Positions 40,205 through 52,815 of a stretch of DNA of 64,000 nucleotides are shown here, piece by piece (within the stretch, counting starts at the first letter, position 1; every line of letters begins with the position of its first letter). This DNA is from Trichosphaerium sp. ATCC 40318 (lineage: Eukaryota; Protista; Tubulinea), in assembly GCA_038496445.1 (NCBI GenBank), contig JALMLS010000231.1:154393-218392 (forward strand), written 5' to 3'. The notes beneath the pieces are model-generated. The model ran no database searches. It was not told where the DNA came from and saw only the letters and a list, made by a program, of their open reading frames with translations. Made by a program: the position numbers and the translations under genes.

Positions 40205-41700
40205 ATGTCAACCGAAAAGTACGAGGCAACAGCAAAGAATCAGGTGAAGAGATTAAGAAAAAGAGCCGCTTATGACAAGAAAACAGTTCATGAAGTATTA
40301 GACGCTTCTACTATAGCTCACGTTGGTACTCATATTATAATATGTAATTAACGCGCGTGTTGACGTTTGTATTAGGTTTCACTTCTGAAGACGGATCTCC
40401 CTTCGTTATTCCAATGCTATACGCTCGTAAAGTACGTATATCATGCGTTGACACCCATTAACAGCCTAAAACCAAATCTGTCCTGAGCTTCTTTTTTGTT
40501 CCCAAAACCGTTCGCTCATGTCTTAAATACCCTGTGCGCTTACGGTTTTCTTGCTCCTTTTAATGTGATCATTTCGATAAAATCTTCAAAATCGTCCATT
40601 CGCGCACAAAAACGTACTTGCGCGTATTTCGTTGCTGTAGAAGGGCTCGGACAAATAATGTAAACTAGTCCGAGTATTTCGAACTTTTTTTTTTACCTTG
40701 CTGCCAAAGTTAGTGAAGCTGTGTAACCTCCAGGTTGTCAACTCACACGAGGGTACAACAAACGAGTTGCATTGAATTTTCTATCGAAGTTACGGACAGA
40801 GGACCAAATTAGTTTTTTTTCTTTTTCTGGGGAATTTGACTTTGCTGGACAAGGGTCATCAAAACCGAGACTATCAAAACATTGTTGACTCGCTTTTTAG
40901 GATGAAAAGATTTACTTGCATGGAAGTATTAGTAGTAGGCTTCTTAAATTCTTGGCAACAGGCGCACAGATTTGCATTACTGTAAGTAGAAATGCGATAA
41001 GATTTATTCATGTTTTTTTTTGAACTAGCTCTTTTTTCTTGTTTTTTTCTTTTATTTACTTTTCTCGATGTAGGTAACCGTTATGGATGGTTTAGTTGTT
41101 GCTAGATCCGTTTTCCATAATTCTGTCAACTATAGATCAGTTGTTGTGTTTGGAACAGGAAAGGAAGTTGTAGGAGATGAGAAACTTGGAGCACTAAAGT
41201 GCGTCGCTATCTTTTTTTTTTCTTCTTTTTTGATGTGATTGCACGGGCAACTAACTTGTTATGATAAAGGATAATAAACGATGTATTAATTCCAGGCCGC
41301 TGGGAAGATTCAAGACTTCCAAATCCAACTGAAATGAAAGCAACAAAGGTACAACTATAAAAAAAAAATTCAGTATTTTTAAACCATCTCCAATGTTTTG
41401 TTGTTCGCAAACAACTAACTGTTCTTATTTAGGTTATCGTGATCGACATTGAACATGCATCAGCAAAGATCAGAAATGAAGGTCCTCATGATGACAAAAA
41501 AGATATTAAAGGTACCACAAAGCAACACGATTAACTCATACTAATGTAACCTAGATCCAAACTTGGCACATCTTTGGACCGGCGTTATCCCTTTCAGTAC
41601 AACCACTGGAACACCTGTTGACTGTGAAGACTTGGCTGATGGAGTAGAGTGCCCTGATTACCTAAAGAATTACAAAGTGAAGTCCCAAAGGACAGAATAA
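40205..41700 (+). CDS. Pyridoxamine 5'-phosphate oxidase-like FMN-binding (NimA-like) protein
   Basis: KRAAYD...AHVGF...PFVIPMLYAR...IYLHGS...DGLVVARSVFHNSVNYRSVVVFG...PGRW...SAKIR...WTGVIP. Confidence 0.92.
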
Positions 41701-41918
41701 AGTTGTGACGTCAGATTTCCGGGGTTTTTTTTGTTCGACACGTGAATTTCCGATCATCCCTACAGAGTCAGGCAGTTTCACATAAGAATTGACCTCAGGA
41801 ACGAACACTTTGAAGTCATTTGATATTTTTGTGATCTCAAATGATACCTGGGCTGTTCTCGTACAGGATTTCAATGAACTCTTCTAACACGAGCACAAAT
41901 ATTGTATTAATATGTGTT

Positions 41919-44900
41919 TTACACTATTTGTTTTACAATGTTATCAATATCGATAGCAGTAGGTCCTGCGAAATCAGGTCTATAGTAAGGGTACATTGCG
42001 CTCTTAGTAGTAGAAGAATGGGATAGGTTGAAAATATGACCGATTTCATGAGCCTATAAGCTTGGTTAAACAAAAAATTTGACAAAAAAGTTTTTCAGTC
42101 AAAAAAACTGTTCACGTACAAGAACAGGTCCAACATGGAACCCTGTTCCATGTAGAGTCCATCTCTCCTGTTCGTCTAAGGTAATCTGGACTTGACCGTT
42201 ACTCTTCGATTTGACGTGGCCAAGAGTGAATCCTTGAAGATAAGTAAGTATCAAGATATTTTAAGGCACTTTTTCTTTATATTTTACCTGGTCCGTCTAG
42301 AGCGAGCCATGTTACTACAACATCAGCAGTTGCTACATCAATTGTACGGACAAATTTTACAGCACCAGGTATACCCTCACTTATCGCAGAAGACCAAGAG
42401 AGGAAGCATTTTTCTACAACTTCATTCAAATCTTCAATACTCTTATCTTTATCGTTAATGTCAATCAAGTCTTGATCCTACACGATCATTAAGTCAACAC
42501 ATTGAACAAACTGATAGCAGAGCATTATCACTATGATAAATAATCTCAAAAGAACTAAATAGCATACAACTCTTCCAATTGCATATCTGAACTTTCTTTG
42601 ACCTGTTTTGAGTTTGTTAATTATTTCCAAGATTGGGTTGGCGAGATCGTCTGGGTCAGCACTTCTAGGACCTGTGTTCAAAACATTAAATACCGAATGC
42701 GATATCCTAATAATTTCGTACGGTGAAGTAAGCTTTTGGTGTTTGGTCCTACAACTCCATCTACTTTAAGTCCCCATTTTTGTTGGAAGTCTTTGATTGC
42801 TTGGGAGAGTGGAACATCGGCCTTTAGGTATCCATAGAAAGCCAATACCTATTTACAACAGTAAGTTTAAACGATTACAACTGTAAAGGGGTACAACTAA
42901 GATACAAAAGAAACAGGGAAAAGGCGGAATTTTTTTTTGTGGATTAGCTTACTCTTTTAAGTGACGCTACATCCTGTTTCCTAGCTTTATCCAAATTGTC
43001 GCTATCAATATCGCTCAATGAGAAGAAGTCATTTTCATGCAATATAACAGGCTCTAAAGGGTAAAGCTTAGAAGGAGCAAGATCAAAAGGTTCGAAACAA
43101 GTCTTCTTTGGTACCTGGGATTACCATGTTTTGCATATCTTCGTCCTCACTATTTTTAGCTTGGATAGTAACAATGACTTCATCGCTGTTTTTAACACCG
43201 AGCTCTTGAAGCGCAGATGTAACATCAAGAGAATAAGAGAAAGGATCACGTTCCTCACACTTCTTACACTCGATATCAGCGTGGTAAGTATCAAGAGAAA
43301 AAACAGAAATAACACCAACACAGTCTGGTTCATCAATCTCTAAATAACAAAAAAAAAGTGAGCACGTGATTTACATATTGAGTTTTTTTTATGAGTTATT
43401 ATGTTTCAGCAAATTGTTGAAATATACGCACGTGGGCTTGCAATAACACTTGATATTTGAGGGAAGTCTACTTTAGCCTTTTCAGCACCTTCAGCAGATT
43501 TTACATCAGATTTACGTTGGATGTAAACGTAGAAAGAAACAGACTCTGGAGGTGTTTCTACGTCTCTTAGAACAACGTATTTTCTTGGTACACGCATTTG
43601 CGATGATCTAGGTGTTGGGCTAGGAAGCAAATACGAGAAAGTATAGTCAAGATTGGCTAAATCGAACCACTCTTCAACAGTGGTGTACTTCCTATTTTCA
43701 TAAAATAAGACGATAATTCTTGAGGTTTTTTTTCGAGGATGCTACTGTTCGTACCCTGTATCGTTTTGCCATCCCATTAGTTTTCCAAACTGAGCTTTTG
43801 GTGCGAAAGGACCCATTTCTTCTTGTGGGTTTGTTGGTTTCTCATTTGGATAATGTGTTTGCCATGCGTAATAAATACGTTCAACATTACAATGATGTAA
43901 CCAAAAGATAGGATCAAAAGCAGCTGTATCAACACCAGACATATCTCCGCCTATGTAAAATCAAATGTCAATAAATCTAAACCAACAACGAAGATATTCA
44001 TTTTTCATTTCATATCACGTGCCTACAGCGACATGAACATCATCGTGGGGTTCTTCCAAAGAAGTTGCCGAAAAATTTCTTGCTGACATTGAAAAGTGCT
44101 AGCAGGCTACTGTAAGCGTTGTTATGGTTGTTTAATACACGTACGTCATCCGTATTTATCGCATCAGTGGCTTCACTGCGTACAGCACGAAATTGAAGCT
44201 CCCTAGCGATAGAATCAGGCGTAGTACGTCTTCTTCTTGTTCTACCTAAATTGTGACTTGTAAGATATATTTATCTAACAGAACCGCTTTATTTACTGTC
44301 TTACGTCTTTGGAAGTGAGGTCCAGAAGCTAGAGGGTTTGTTACAGTCTTCCATTCGCCGTCTAAGTACAATCTAATAAAAAAATTAGTTCAAACAAATT
44401 TGTTCCCAAAAAAGATCGGAGTTGTTGTCAGTTTTTCTCTCGCTCGTCATTATTTACGTACCTAACGCTTGGCCATGTTACAAACTCAGGGTAACCTTCA
44501 GCAAATCTAGTACCGGACCAATCCCTAAAAAAACGTTATAAAGACTGTTGTCACGTGTAAACCCGAAAGTGTTGTTTTTTGGGTTTTCTGACGCGAAACC
44601 AAAAAAAAAAAAAGGTTCGTACCAAAACGGTAACATGATCCTGTTTGCTGTCATATGGTCTCCAGGATACCAAGGATCATGATTTTGAAGTACATACTCG
44701 AACTAAAGCAATTATTAGCGACAGAAGCGATAATCTCCGTTCACAACGAAAATACAGTTATGAGTTGTTAACAAAAGACACGCTGTGTACTTACCTCAGC
44801 TAAGTAAGCGCGATGCCTAACGGAAAAATAAGTTCGTTACGAAATAACACAGATACGCCTCACGACATAGATTTGAGTGAAGAAAATACGAGATGAACGT

Positions 44901-45233
44901 AGTAGGAAAGATATCTAGAGCTCTTTTGTACAAAAAAATTAAAAACGTACCATGGTGGAAACGTCTCGCTTCTATGGTGACAATAAACTCTATTACGCGC
45001 AATCTTGACGTCTTCAGAGTCAGGAAGACCGCCTCCATGCATACCGGCGAGTTTTGCCCAATCGTCTATAATATCACGTGTTACAAAACGACACGCTCTA
45101 AAACAACCGTGAAAAAGTGCGTACCGGTTTGTTGCATGTTATGGAACGCTACAAATAGTCGATGAAGCGCAGCACCATCAAGTTCTCTTAGTTCTTGTCT
45201 AGCAGCGCGAGCTGGTCTTGGATACGATGCCAT
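41919..45233 (-). CDS. Tyrosinase - CxxC C-terminal domain - PG-binding-like prodomain - matrixin (M10) metallopeptidase fusion, about 17 exons
   Basis: ATG 45233 MASYPRPAR; CuA MHGG/YCHH/WHR; CuB EEPHDDVH...FDPIFWLHH; ECKKC; FYGYL...AIKDFQQKWGLKVDGVVGPNT; PRSADPD; DGPG; HEIGHIFNLSH; AMYPYY; intron phases checked from CuB to the stop are consistent. Confidence 0.88.
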
Positions 45234-45607
45234 TGATTTGAAAAACTTTCGGAGTTGTTGTCACAGGTAACGGGAAGCCAAAAAAAGAGGTAAACGGTAC
45301 CAAAATCACATTTATGAAAGCGTGATCTTTTCTTGTGGATTTCGTTAGTTCTAACACATCAGCGCTGTTGATAATGTGTTGACTCATATAAACGAGCAGT
45401 GGAAACCGGTTACAGCTTTTTGTGGAGGTATTGGTTGAACCAACCGACATACTCTGTGTTTGGTTGTTATCAGCTTGATTCTTACCCAACAAAGAAGCGA
45501 GAAAAGAGTGAAACACTTAGGGTAAATGAAGGTCGGTTTTGGAATGCCGACTTCCAAAAAAAACAGTTCAAGACATTAAAATTGTTTTATTGTTGCTAAA
45601 ACTAACA

Positions 45608-47116
45608 TTATTTGTAGTACTCCGGAAACGACTTGGAGAGCTCTTCTAAAGTTCCTTGCGAAGCAACACTATCCAATGAATTCATTGAGTTAAGTTCTAT
45701 GCTTGAACCGGATGTTTCATCAGGGTCCTCTTCACGTATGAACATATCATCCAATCTTGTCGGCTTATTTTCTTTCTTTGTTTGTGGCACCAACTTAACG
45801 CCTATTTAAGTTGTTAAGGGTAACCTCCTACATGTATAAATATACTTACTTGATCCTTTTCGTTGTCTTTTTGGTGGAGAATAAATTGCAGGTTCTTGAA
45901 TATAGTCTTCTTCATCTAAACAAGATAAACTTGAGAGAATTGTTTGCGGTAAACAAAACAATTATGTCTTTGACTTTTTTTAACAAGACACTCCTTACCT
46001 TCTTCGCAGCACCTACAACATCTACAGAAACATATAATACCGGTGAGCGTGAGTATCAAACAAGCACCAAATAGTGTTAAAATTACAATGAATAATGTCA
46101 AGTTCAAGTGAAGGTATTTTTGAAGGCAAAACTCAAAGTCTTTAAAACTACAAGCTCTAGATTCATCTCCACTAATTGTTTCGTTTTTCGTTACAGGCGC
46201 TGAAGTATTTGTAGCGATAGTATCAATAAAGCAAAGACTAACTTCAATCAACAAAGAAACTTTGATGAGAGCTATTGAGTGTACCTTGAGCAACCATCTC
46301 CGTTTTGTTTGTTCCCGTCATCGCACTCCTCAAAAATCTCATGTACACCATCGCCACATATAGGCTCGTATTCTTAGTAGTGTTAACAAAAAAGTGAATA
46401 CGATTAATCATAAATCACGTGATTTATTGCGTACCAAGGAATAAATGGAATTGAAGTACGTAATGCTCAGTGAATATTATTTCTTCTGGGTTAGATGCAA
46501 GAACGAGGTTACTGTTAATCTCAAGTGACGTTATAGCTGACTTTGTTTCGTGGAATAAACCGTCATTGCATAGTGTACATGGCGTATGAGTTTCTGAGCA
46601 AAGAGTACCATTTGTAAGGCCACGCATCGTTATACTTAAATGTGTCCGAGGCATATCTGGAACAAGAAAGGTACGAATGCTGGAACGTGTTAGTTGCCTT
46701 TAAAAAAAAGCCAAACATGTCAACTATTGAGTACCTCACAGAAAGATCAAGCCCAGGATCGAAGAAAATCTTTGATGCTTGTGAGCTTTCAAGAAACAGA
46801 CCTTGCGAGCATCTACGCAGATGTGTAAAAAACCACGTTTTTTTTTTGTGATCACGTGCGTGGATATATTTTATTTAGTAACTCAAAGTTAGAAAACGTA
46901 CATTGAAGCATTGTCATGCGCCTCGGAGCCTTCAAGGGCTATGTTATATCCAATAATAAAGTCTAAAGGTCCTGCGCTTTCTATTCCATTGAAATATACT
47001 ATTCTTTCCACACGCACATCCACCTTGAGCTCTCCGGCGTATCCATATTGGATAAAGAAAGTGATTGTAACAATTAAGTTTATAAGTACATTGGTAAAGG
47101 TTCTTTTATGATACAT
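45608..47116 (-). CDS. Type I membrane protein with Myxococcus-type Cys-rich (DUF4215-like) repeat
   Basis: N-terminal hydrophobic signal; exon reading ICGDGVHEIFEECDDGNKQNGDGCS; TM helix followed by CFCRCCRCC; acidic cytoplasmic tail. Confidence 0.7.
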
Positions 47117-47562
47117 TGAAGTTTTGAGCGTCGTATGTTGCGTTGTGGTCAGTTATAACACAAAAACCTTTATTATTTCGCAGTTAAATAAGTCACTGGT
47201 TACTTGCGTTAAGCCTCACTTAGATTTCATCCTTTGGACTTATATTAATAGAAACCTGACTATCTTAAATAAGTGTGGGGAACACAATGTCGTAAGTGCA
47301 TTGGTAGTATGCGACGCAATTGAAAAACTGCTTTGTTTAACGTTGTTAATTACCATCAATGGTGCTAGAAGGCCAAAAATACAAAATATGTGAGAATCTT
47401 TTTGTTTGCTAGTAAGGTACATTCCACATGACTTCAATAAGGCTAGAAGCGCAGTAAGAGTTACGATCCCTTCGCTGAACAATAGCGACAAGCTGGCGAA
47501 GCACACCCGCTGTGCATGTCAATGATTGATTGATTTTTGATAGCCTCAATCTGCAGTGTTTG

Positions 47563-48321
47563 TTAGAACAAACCTTTCCTTTTCTTTAGCCTTTGTATAG
47601 CCAGTGTATTGCACAAAAGTATTCTTCTATTCTGTGGTTGCCCATCAATATACAGTACACCTTCAATATAATGCTCTGAGATTTCAAGTCTGCCATCAAT
47701 GTGAAATCGTTTATGTGTGCCATGAATCTTTCCATGATTGTAAGGTACCTCGCTTTTAACATTACCATTGTTGTACCAAAATGTACTCATTCCATGTAGT
47801 TTACCCTTTACACATTGATGTCGTTCTACAAGCTTACCGTCAAGGTATATCTTTTTATCACCATGAAGCTTTCCATTCTTGTAATGACGGATCTCATCTT
47901 TTCTTTGCCGTCCATGGCTTATTAGCTTGTACTCACCATGAAGCTTTCCTTTGTTGTAATAACACTTCTCAACTAAGCCACGTGGACCATATCTCTCATA
48001 GACACCTTCTTTTACACCATGAACATAATGAACCTCAGATAACAGTCTGTACTTGTAGTTTACTATGTCTGCGAGTACATATTTCCGCAAGGCACCGTGT
48101 AGTTTGCCATGAGCGTAATTGGATTGTTTTCTATCCCTGGAGATAAACAGGCCATGTTTTAGAAGATTAAAGTCATATCTGCTTGTAAAAGCAGCTTGTT
48201 TACAAAGAATAGGCCAAACACGATATGTGCGAGATTCTAGGTTAAATATCATGTGTTGTAGCTCCAATGGTATTGTAAGCAAACTATAAGCGCCGTTGCT
48301 TTGTGGAGAGGCTATATCCAT
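47563..48321 (-). CDS. F-box-like + MORN-variant repeat protein, intronless (copy B)
   Basis: Near-identical paralogue of 37993..38703. Confidence 0.88.
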   Translation of the reverse strand: MDIASPQSNGAYSLLTIPLELQHMIFNLESRTYRVWPILCKQAAFTSRYDFNLLKHGLFISRDRKQSNYAHGKLHGALRKYVLADIVNYKYRLLSEVHYVHGVKEGVYERYGPRGLVEKCYYNKGKLHGEYKLISHGRQRKDEIRHYKNGKLHGDKKIYLDGKLVERHQCVKGKLHGMSTFWYNNGNVKSEVPYNHGKIHGTHKRFHIDGRLEISEHYIEGVLYIDGQPQNRRILLCNTLAIQRLKKRKGLF

Positions 48322-48664
48322 CTTTGTAAGCTTTATTATGGTTATTTGGTATAACGTGGCATTTCTGCTGATTCAACAAAAGTCAGAAGCAAGAATTTTC
48401 TGGGAAGAATAGTGTTTCAAATTTCGATGCAACTTAAGGAGAATCCGCTGTAAAACGTCAGTTATTAAATATTGTGCCGAGTGAACTTTACCTGATACAA
48501 GTATATTATTTACAACGCAAATTTAATACTACTATCTATTAAGGTATCACAACAACTTTGCTTTACACTCTTTCCAATAATATTTAATGTCTACACAATG
48601 AACAAACTAACTAATATCTACTGAAGTAACGGAAATTTATCTTTACTCAGTTTGTTATTCATTT

Positions 48665-49650
48665 TCAGCCCAACATATCTTGTACCATAACGCCATCGTT
48701 ATATATTTTATGCTGAATAAGATTACCATCAATATCCCATTCTTTAAATTCGCCATCTCTCTTGTCATTACCTCCCATGCCATAAACTTCTTTTTTCTCA
48801 CCACTTCGAAACCATCTATTAAAAACTCCACCTTCAGCACCTGAATCGAACCTTACTTCAAGCTGACCGTTGTCATACCACTTTCTAACTTGTCCTCTTA
48901 TCTTTCCATCAATATAAGGAACACACGACTTTATATGACCATTACGATGCCATATTTTTAAGTCACCATGTTGAGTGGTTCCTTTTAAGTTAACTTCAAA
49001 CTGCCCGCCAAAAAGATCTGTTGTCATTTTTGTATATTCTCCTTTTGTTTCCTTCTTACACTGTACAATACCTTGTTGATTGTACATAAGTGATACCTTT
49101 ACACCATCTATTATTTCTATGGTACATTGGATTTACCACTCGGAAAAAAAGTCTTATGGAGGCCAACTTGAACACTGTCTTTTTGTGTGACAGTAACAAG
49201 CAAAACACCATTCTCAGAAAATTTTTCAAACAACCCGTTCTCCTTACCATTTTTCCAGTTCTCTCTTGAACAAAGAGTACCGTTTGAGTACCAAGTAAAA
49301 ATCTCACCATCTGGTATATCATCTACGTAGTTTCCCTTCATAATCATATTCCCTTCCTCGTCATAAACCGTCTGAAGTCCTTGCTTCTTTCCGCGTATTT
49401 TAAACGTTTCCGATAGAAGTCTACCGTTTTTATGGAAGGTACGGTGCTTGCCGTGCTCTACACCGTTTATAATCACTTGTGATGAGCCTATTTGTGATTT
49501 ATCGTCCTTCATGAAGCTAAGAAGCTCTCCGTGAAACTGGAGCTTTTCATTGTATCGAATGCTTAGTGCGAAATGTCTACAAACGATTGGAAGTTGAAGA
49601 TAGATGTCCATGTGTTTGGAAGCAATTAATTTGACTATATCGCATGACAT
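48665..49650 (-). pseudogene. F-box-like + MORN-variant repeat gene with a 1-nt frameshift
   Basis: ORFs 49117..49740 and 48665..49087 join if one A is added near 49132 (GGT AAA [A]TC CAA TGT = GKIQC); start uncertain. Confidence 0.7.
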
Positions 49651-50350
49651 TGTACCAAAGGATGCTCCTTGTTTGATTGACGTGCCTATCAGGAGTAAAA
49701 AATTTATTTTCGTTAAATTATGCAGAAAATGCCAAAACAACGCTTTAGGTAGCTATTCTACGCTATGTAAGGCTGTTTGAAAGCTAATAAATTAGATCAG
49801 CTGTTAACGCACCCTTTACTGATTCAGTCGCCATTTTAGTGAGACGCTACGTAGTTTGTTGCGATGAGATGGGATTTGAAACAAAATAACTGTCGGTTAA
49901 GCCAATTTATTAAAGTCAGCGCAAAATACACAATAATATGAATCTTGTGAGCCCACGGTAGGAAGGCTAGGTGAACAAACGTCATGAAATCATATGCCAA
50001 CGTCATCAAACTGTACGTGTTTTGTAGTACCACGAACTTACAGGAAAGCATAGATACACTAGAAGTTCACTGTATTTTCTCACGTGGCATTCTATGTATG
50101 ACGTCATTGTAGTTGATTTGAACCGTGAAAAAAAAGTAAAACAAAGACACGCTCACAGCTAGGCATGCGGTTGTAATTGCTCGAGAGCAGTATGAAAAAA
50201 CTTAGATATTATGCAAAGATGTGTAGTTTATACCTATATGATGCCCATAACGATTCACCTACTTTTTCAAGAACAATAAAGAGAAAATGGAACCTAGAAT
50301 TTTCTGAGAACACAATCCAATTTAAACTGCTTTTTATTGAAAAACTTTAT

Positions 50351-50905
50351 ATGATGACAACAAAAGAAATTCTTAACTACGATTGCTACTACATTATTCT
50401 CAATAGTCTTGAAAGAGACAGGAAGACATACAAAGTAATAGCAGAGGTGTGTAAGAACTGGAACAACATTGCGTCTTGTAGAAACTTTTTTCTACCTATT
50501 GTCAAAGCCTATTTACCCGATAACATTACACATGTGTATAGAGGATCCAAAGATTATACAATGTTTAGTGATGGTATAGATTGGCTGAGGCTTTGCAGGT
50601 CGTATTCTTCTTTAAAGGAATTGAACTGTGAATCTTGTAAAAGCTTTCTACATAATGATTTGGATAGAAAACCTGATGCAAACACATGTCCGTGTTGTAG
50701 GTGGTATGGATTTTGTAATGCATTATGCTTCTATAAATCTCGAATAGCACCCACCCATGGGTGTTCTTATAGTGTTACAGCAGTTTCAGCTGGAAAAAAA
50801 AAGTTTAAAGTATACTTTTATGAACATAAAAAGAGAATAGTACTTTGTGAAAGTGTAAGAGGTATTAAGAGAATTACATGGAAGGATTGTCATGGAGAAG
50901 AATAA
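50351..50905 (+). CDS. F-box-like protein with Cys-rich C-terminus, intronless
   Basis: MMTTKEILNYDCYYIIL...IAEVCKNWNNIA; CESC, CPCC. Confidence 0.65.
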   Translation: MMTTKEILNYDCYYIILNSLERDRKTYKVIAEVCKNWNNIASCRNFFLPIVKAYLPDNITHVYRGSKDYTMFSDGIDWLRLCRSYSSLKELNCESCKSFLHNDLDRKPDANTCPCCRWYGFCNALCFYKSRIAPTHGCSYSVTAVSAGKKKFKVYFYEHKKRIVLCESVRGIKRITWKDCHGEE

Positions 50906-51222
50906 AAACGATACTGTACTGTTTGTAATAGTGTACATGGTTGCTATGTAAGAGAATAAAAAATTCGTAGACACATCTATAAGTTTAAACCTAGAAAGAT
51001 AAATCATGAACATTTTACATTTAGATGCATGCACATGATAACGATTAACTCCAAAGTTACATGAACCTTGTCTACTAGATAAAAATAGTTTTTGAACACG
51101 GTTTGCACATAGTATTTGGTACCGACAACAGTGCTAATTTTTTACTAGTTTGGGCTAGTCCAAATGTGACAAAAAGATAGAAAATATGGAAAACTAAAAC
51201 TGTATAAGGTTTTTGATAAACG

Positions 51223-52815
51223 TTATAATATTAAAAAAACCATGAGTACAAGAAGAGCAGCACAAACGTTGAGCATGCTACCACTACACTTTACTACAAA
51301 GGCAACATTTAGGGACTGTGTTAGCCTAGTAGAAGACCTTGTTTGTTCAACACACTGGTTTTGACGCAAGATAATCATTGGGTTGATTTCTTGACAATTT
51401 CTGAATTGAGTTAGTAGGATTGATGATACCTACAATAAGACAACTGTTAGACATTGAACAGTAGTAGCTGATAGAAGTTTCTACCTCTGTTGTTGTTGCG
51501 TCAATAGTAAATTGACCATCGATACAACCAGTCACATCAAGTATTGTCTTTGGTTTAGTCAACTGAATTATTGTATCATTAAATCTAACCATGCCTGAGT
51601 TTAGGTTTAGCGAGGACAGCTTTCACAAGAAATGAGAGAAAAAACTACCCTCAACAAAAATATCATCATCTAATACAACAATGGTCTCAGTTGGTATAAA
51701 ATCCATTAATCCTTAAACAAAACAGTTAACTTGTATTGATTGAAACTTAAATAAAAGTAACAAAAATCTTGTAGCACGTGGCAAGACTTAAGTTTACAAA
51801 AAAAGTACTTGTAGGTGCAACTGGTGTTGCTGTCGGTGCTACCGTTGGTATGTCAGTAGGGACACAATCTGGAAGAGATGGATTGCAATAAAGGTTTGGC
51901 ATTAAGGCACCAGTCCACTTTGCTCTTAGCTCAACATTGCTGTTGCTGTTGATTATGTCTGTATCCCAAAAGCTAAATCCAAATTTTTCTCTTGTAAAAA
52001 ACGGTTGAACATTCGCTCCCCAAAATCCATCTCCATATAAACCAGAACATAGACCACGAGACCACTTTATGGACCAAGGAATATTTGATTTTGGCGTACG
52101 TAACACACTTTCAGAACCTGCAGATGTAAAACATGCATCATGATTATCAGGCAAGTAAAGTATTTGATCTAAATCATCAGGTATGAATGATCCCCCACAA
52201 TGGGCATCTGAGCTCCCTTGGCAAGGGCCATAAGTAGAAGATCCTGTGGCTGGGTATTTGGTATCCCACATTGTCGTATGTTTACGTTCAGCTGCCCATT
52301 GAGCTCTAGCAAATGTGCAAATGTCCTTCTTTACTTGCCTATCTGGGCTAGTGTATCCTAAAAAAGAAAGCTTGTATTAAAATCAAATTACACTGAAAAT
52401 TGAAGTTACAAAACCGTAAAAAAGATATTAATAAAGTAGCTACAACGTACCTATGAGGGCTCGCACGTGATTGATAGCTATACGGTGCCACTCGTCTACT
52501 TCCGACTTTGTTGGATTCGAATTGTTCGCAAAAGGATTGTGTTGGTAGAATACCTCTCTAATGCCTCTAATAACGTCCACTGCAGGGCAAATAGCCTCAG
52601 CAAACTCTTCCTTTGTCATTTTGGAAGGGTTGAATATTGTTCCATTCCATTTCGTTTCGTCCCACCGTTCTGGTGTTATCCAACTGATACCATCAGGATC
52701 ATGCGATGGGTTGACAGCAAGTGCTTTTGCATTGAATGTGGACCAATCTGCTTGATCTGGCGTATATTGCTGTGAAAATACTACACTCACACATAGCCAG
52801 AGTAGCAAGTGAGTC
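51223..52815 (-). CDS. Secreted, probably GPI-anchored surface protein (start codon not resolved)
   Basis: Signal-like LLLWLCVSVVFS, Trp/Cys-rich globular domain, PTVAPTATP stalk, hydrophobic C-terminus AALLVLMVFLIL-stop. Confidence 0.7.

Noticed and set aside
40432-40900. Unusually long intron, possible snoRNA or element host
   Set aside because: Only a 7-bp stem (ctcggac/gtccgag); no convincing box motifs or termini
45234-45516. ORF 45199..45516 as the tyrosinase N-terminus
   Set aside because: Different frame; ATG 45233 gives a canonical tyrosinase start (R-x-E-L-R-E-L)
47563-50905. Endogenous giant-virus insertion
   Set aside because: No capsid, polymerase, packaging ATPase or integrase genes are recognisable, and intron-rich host genes flank the region closely
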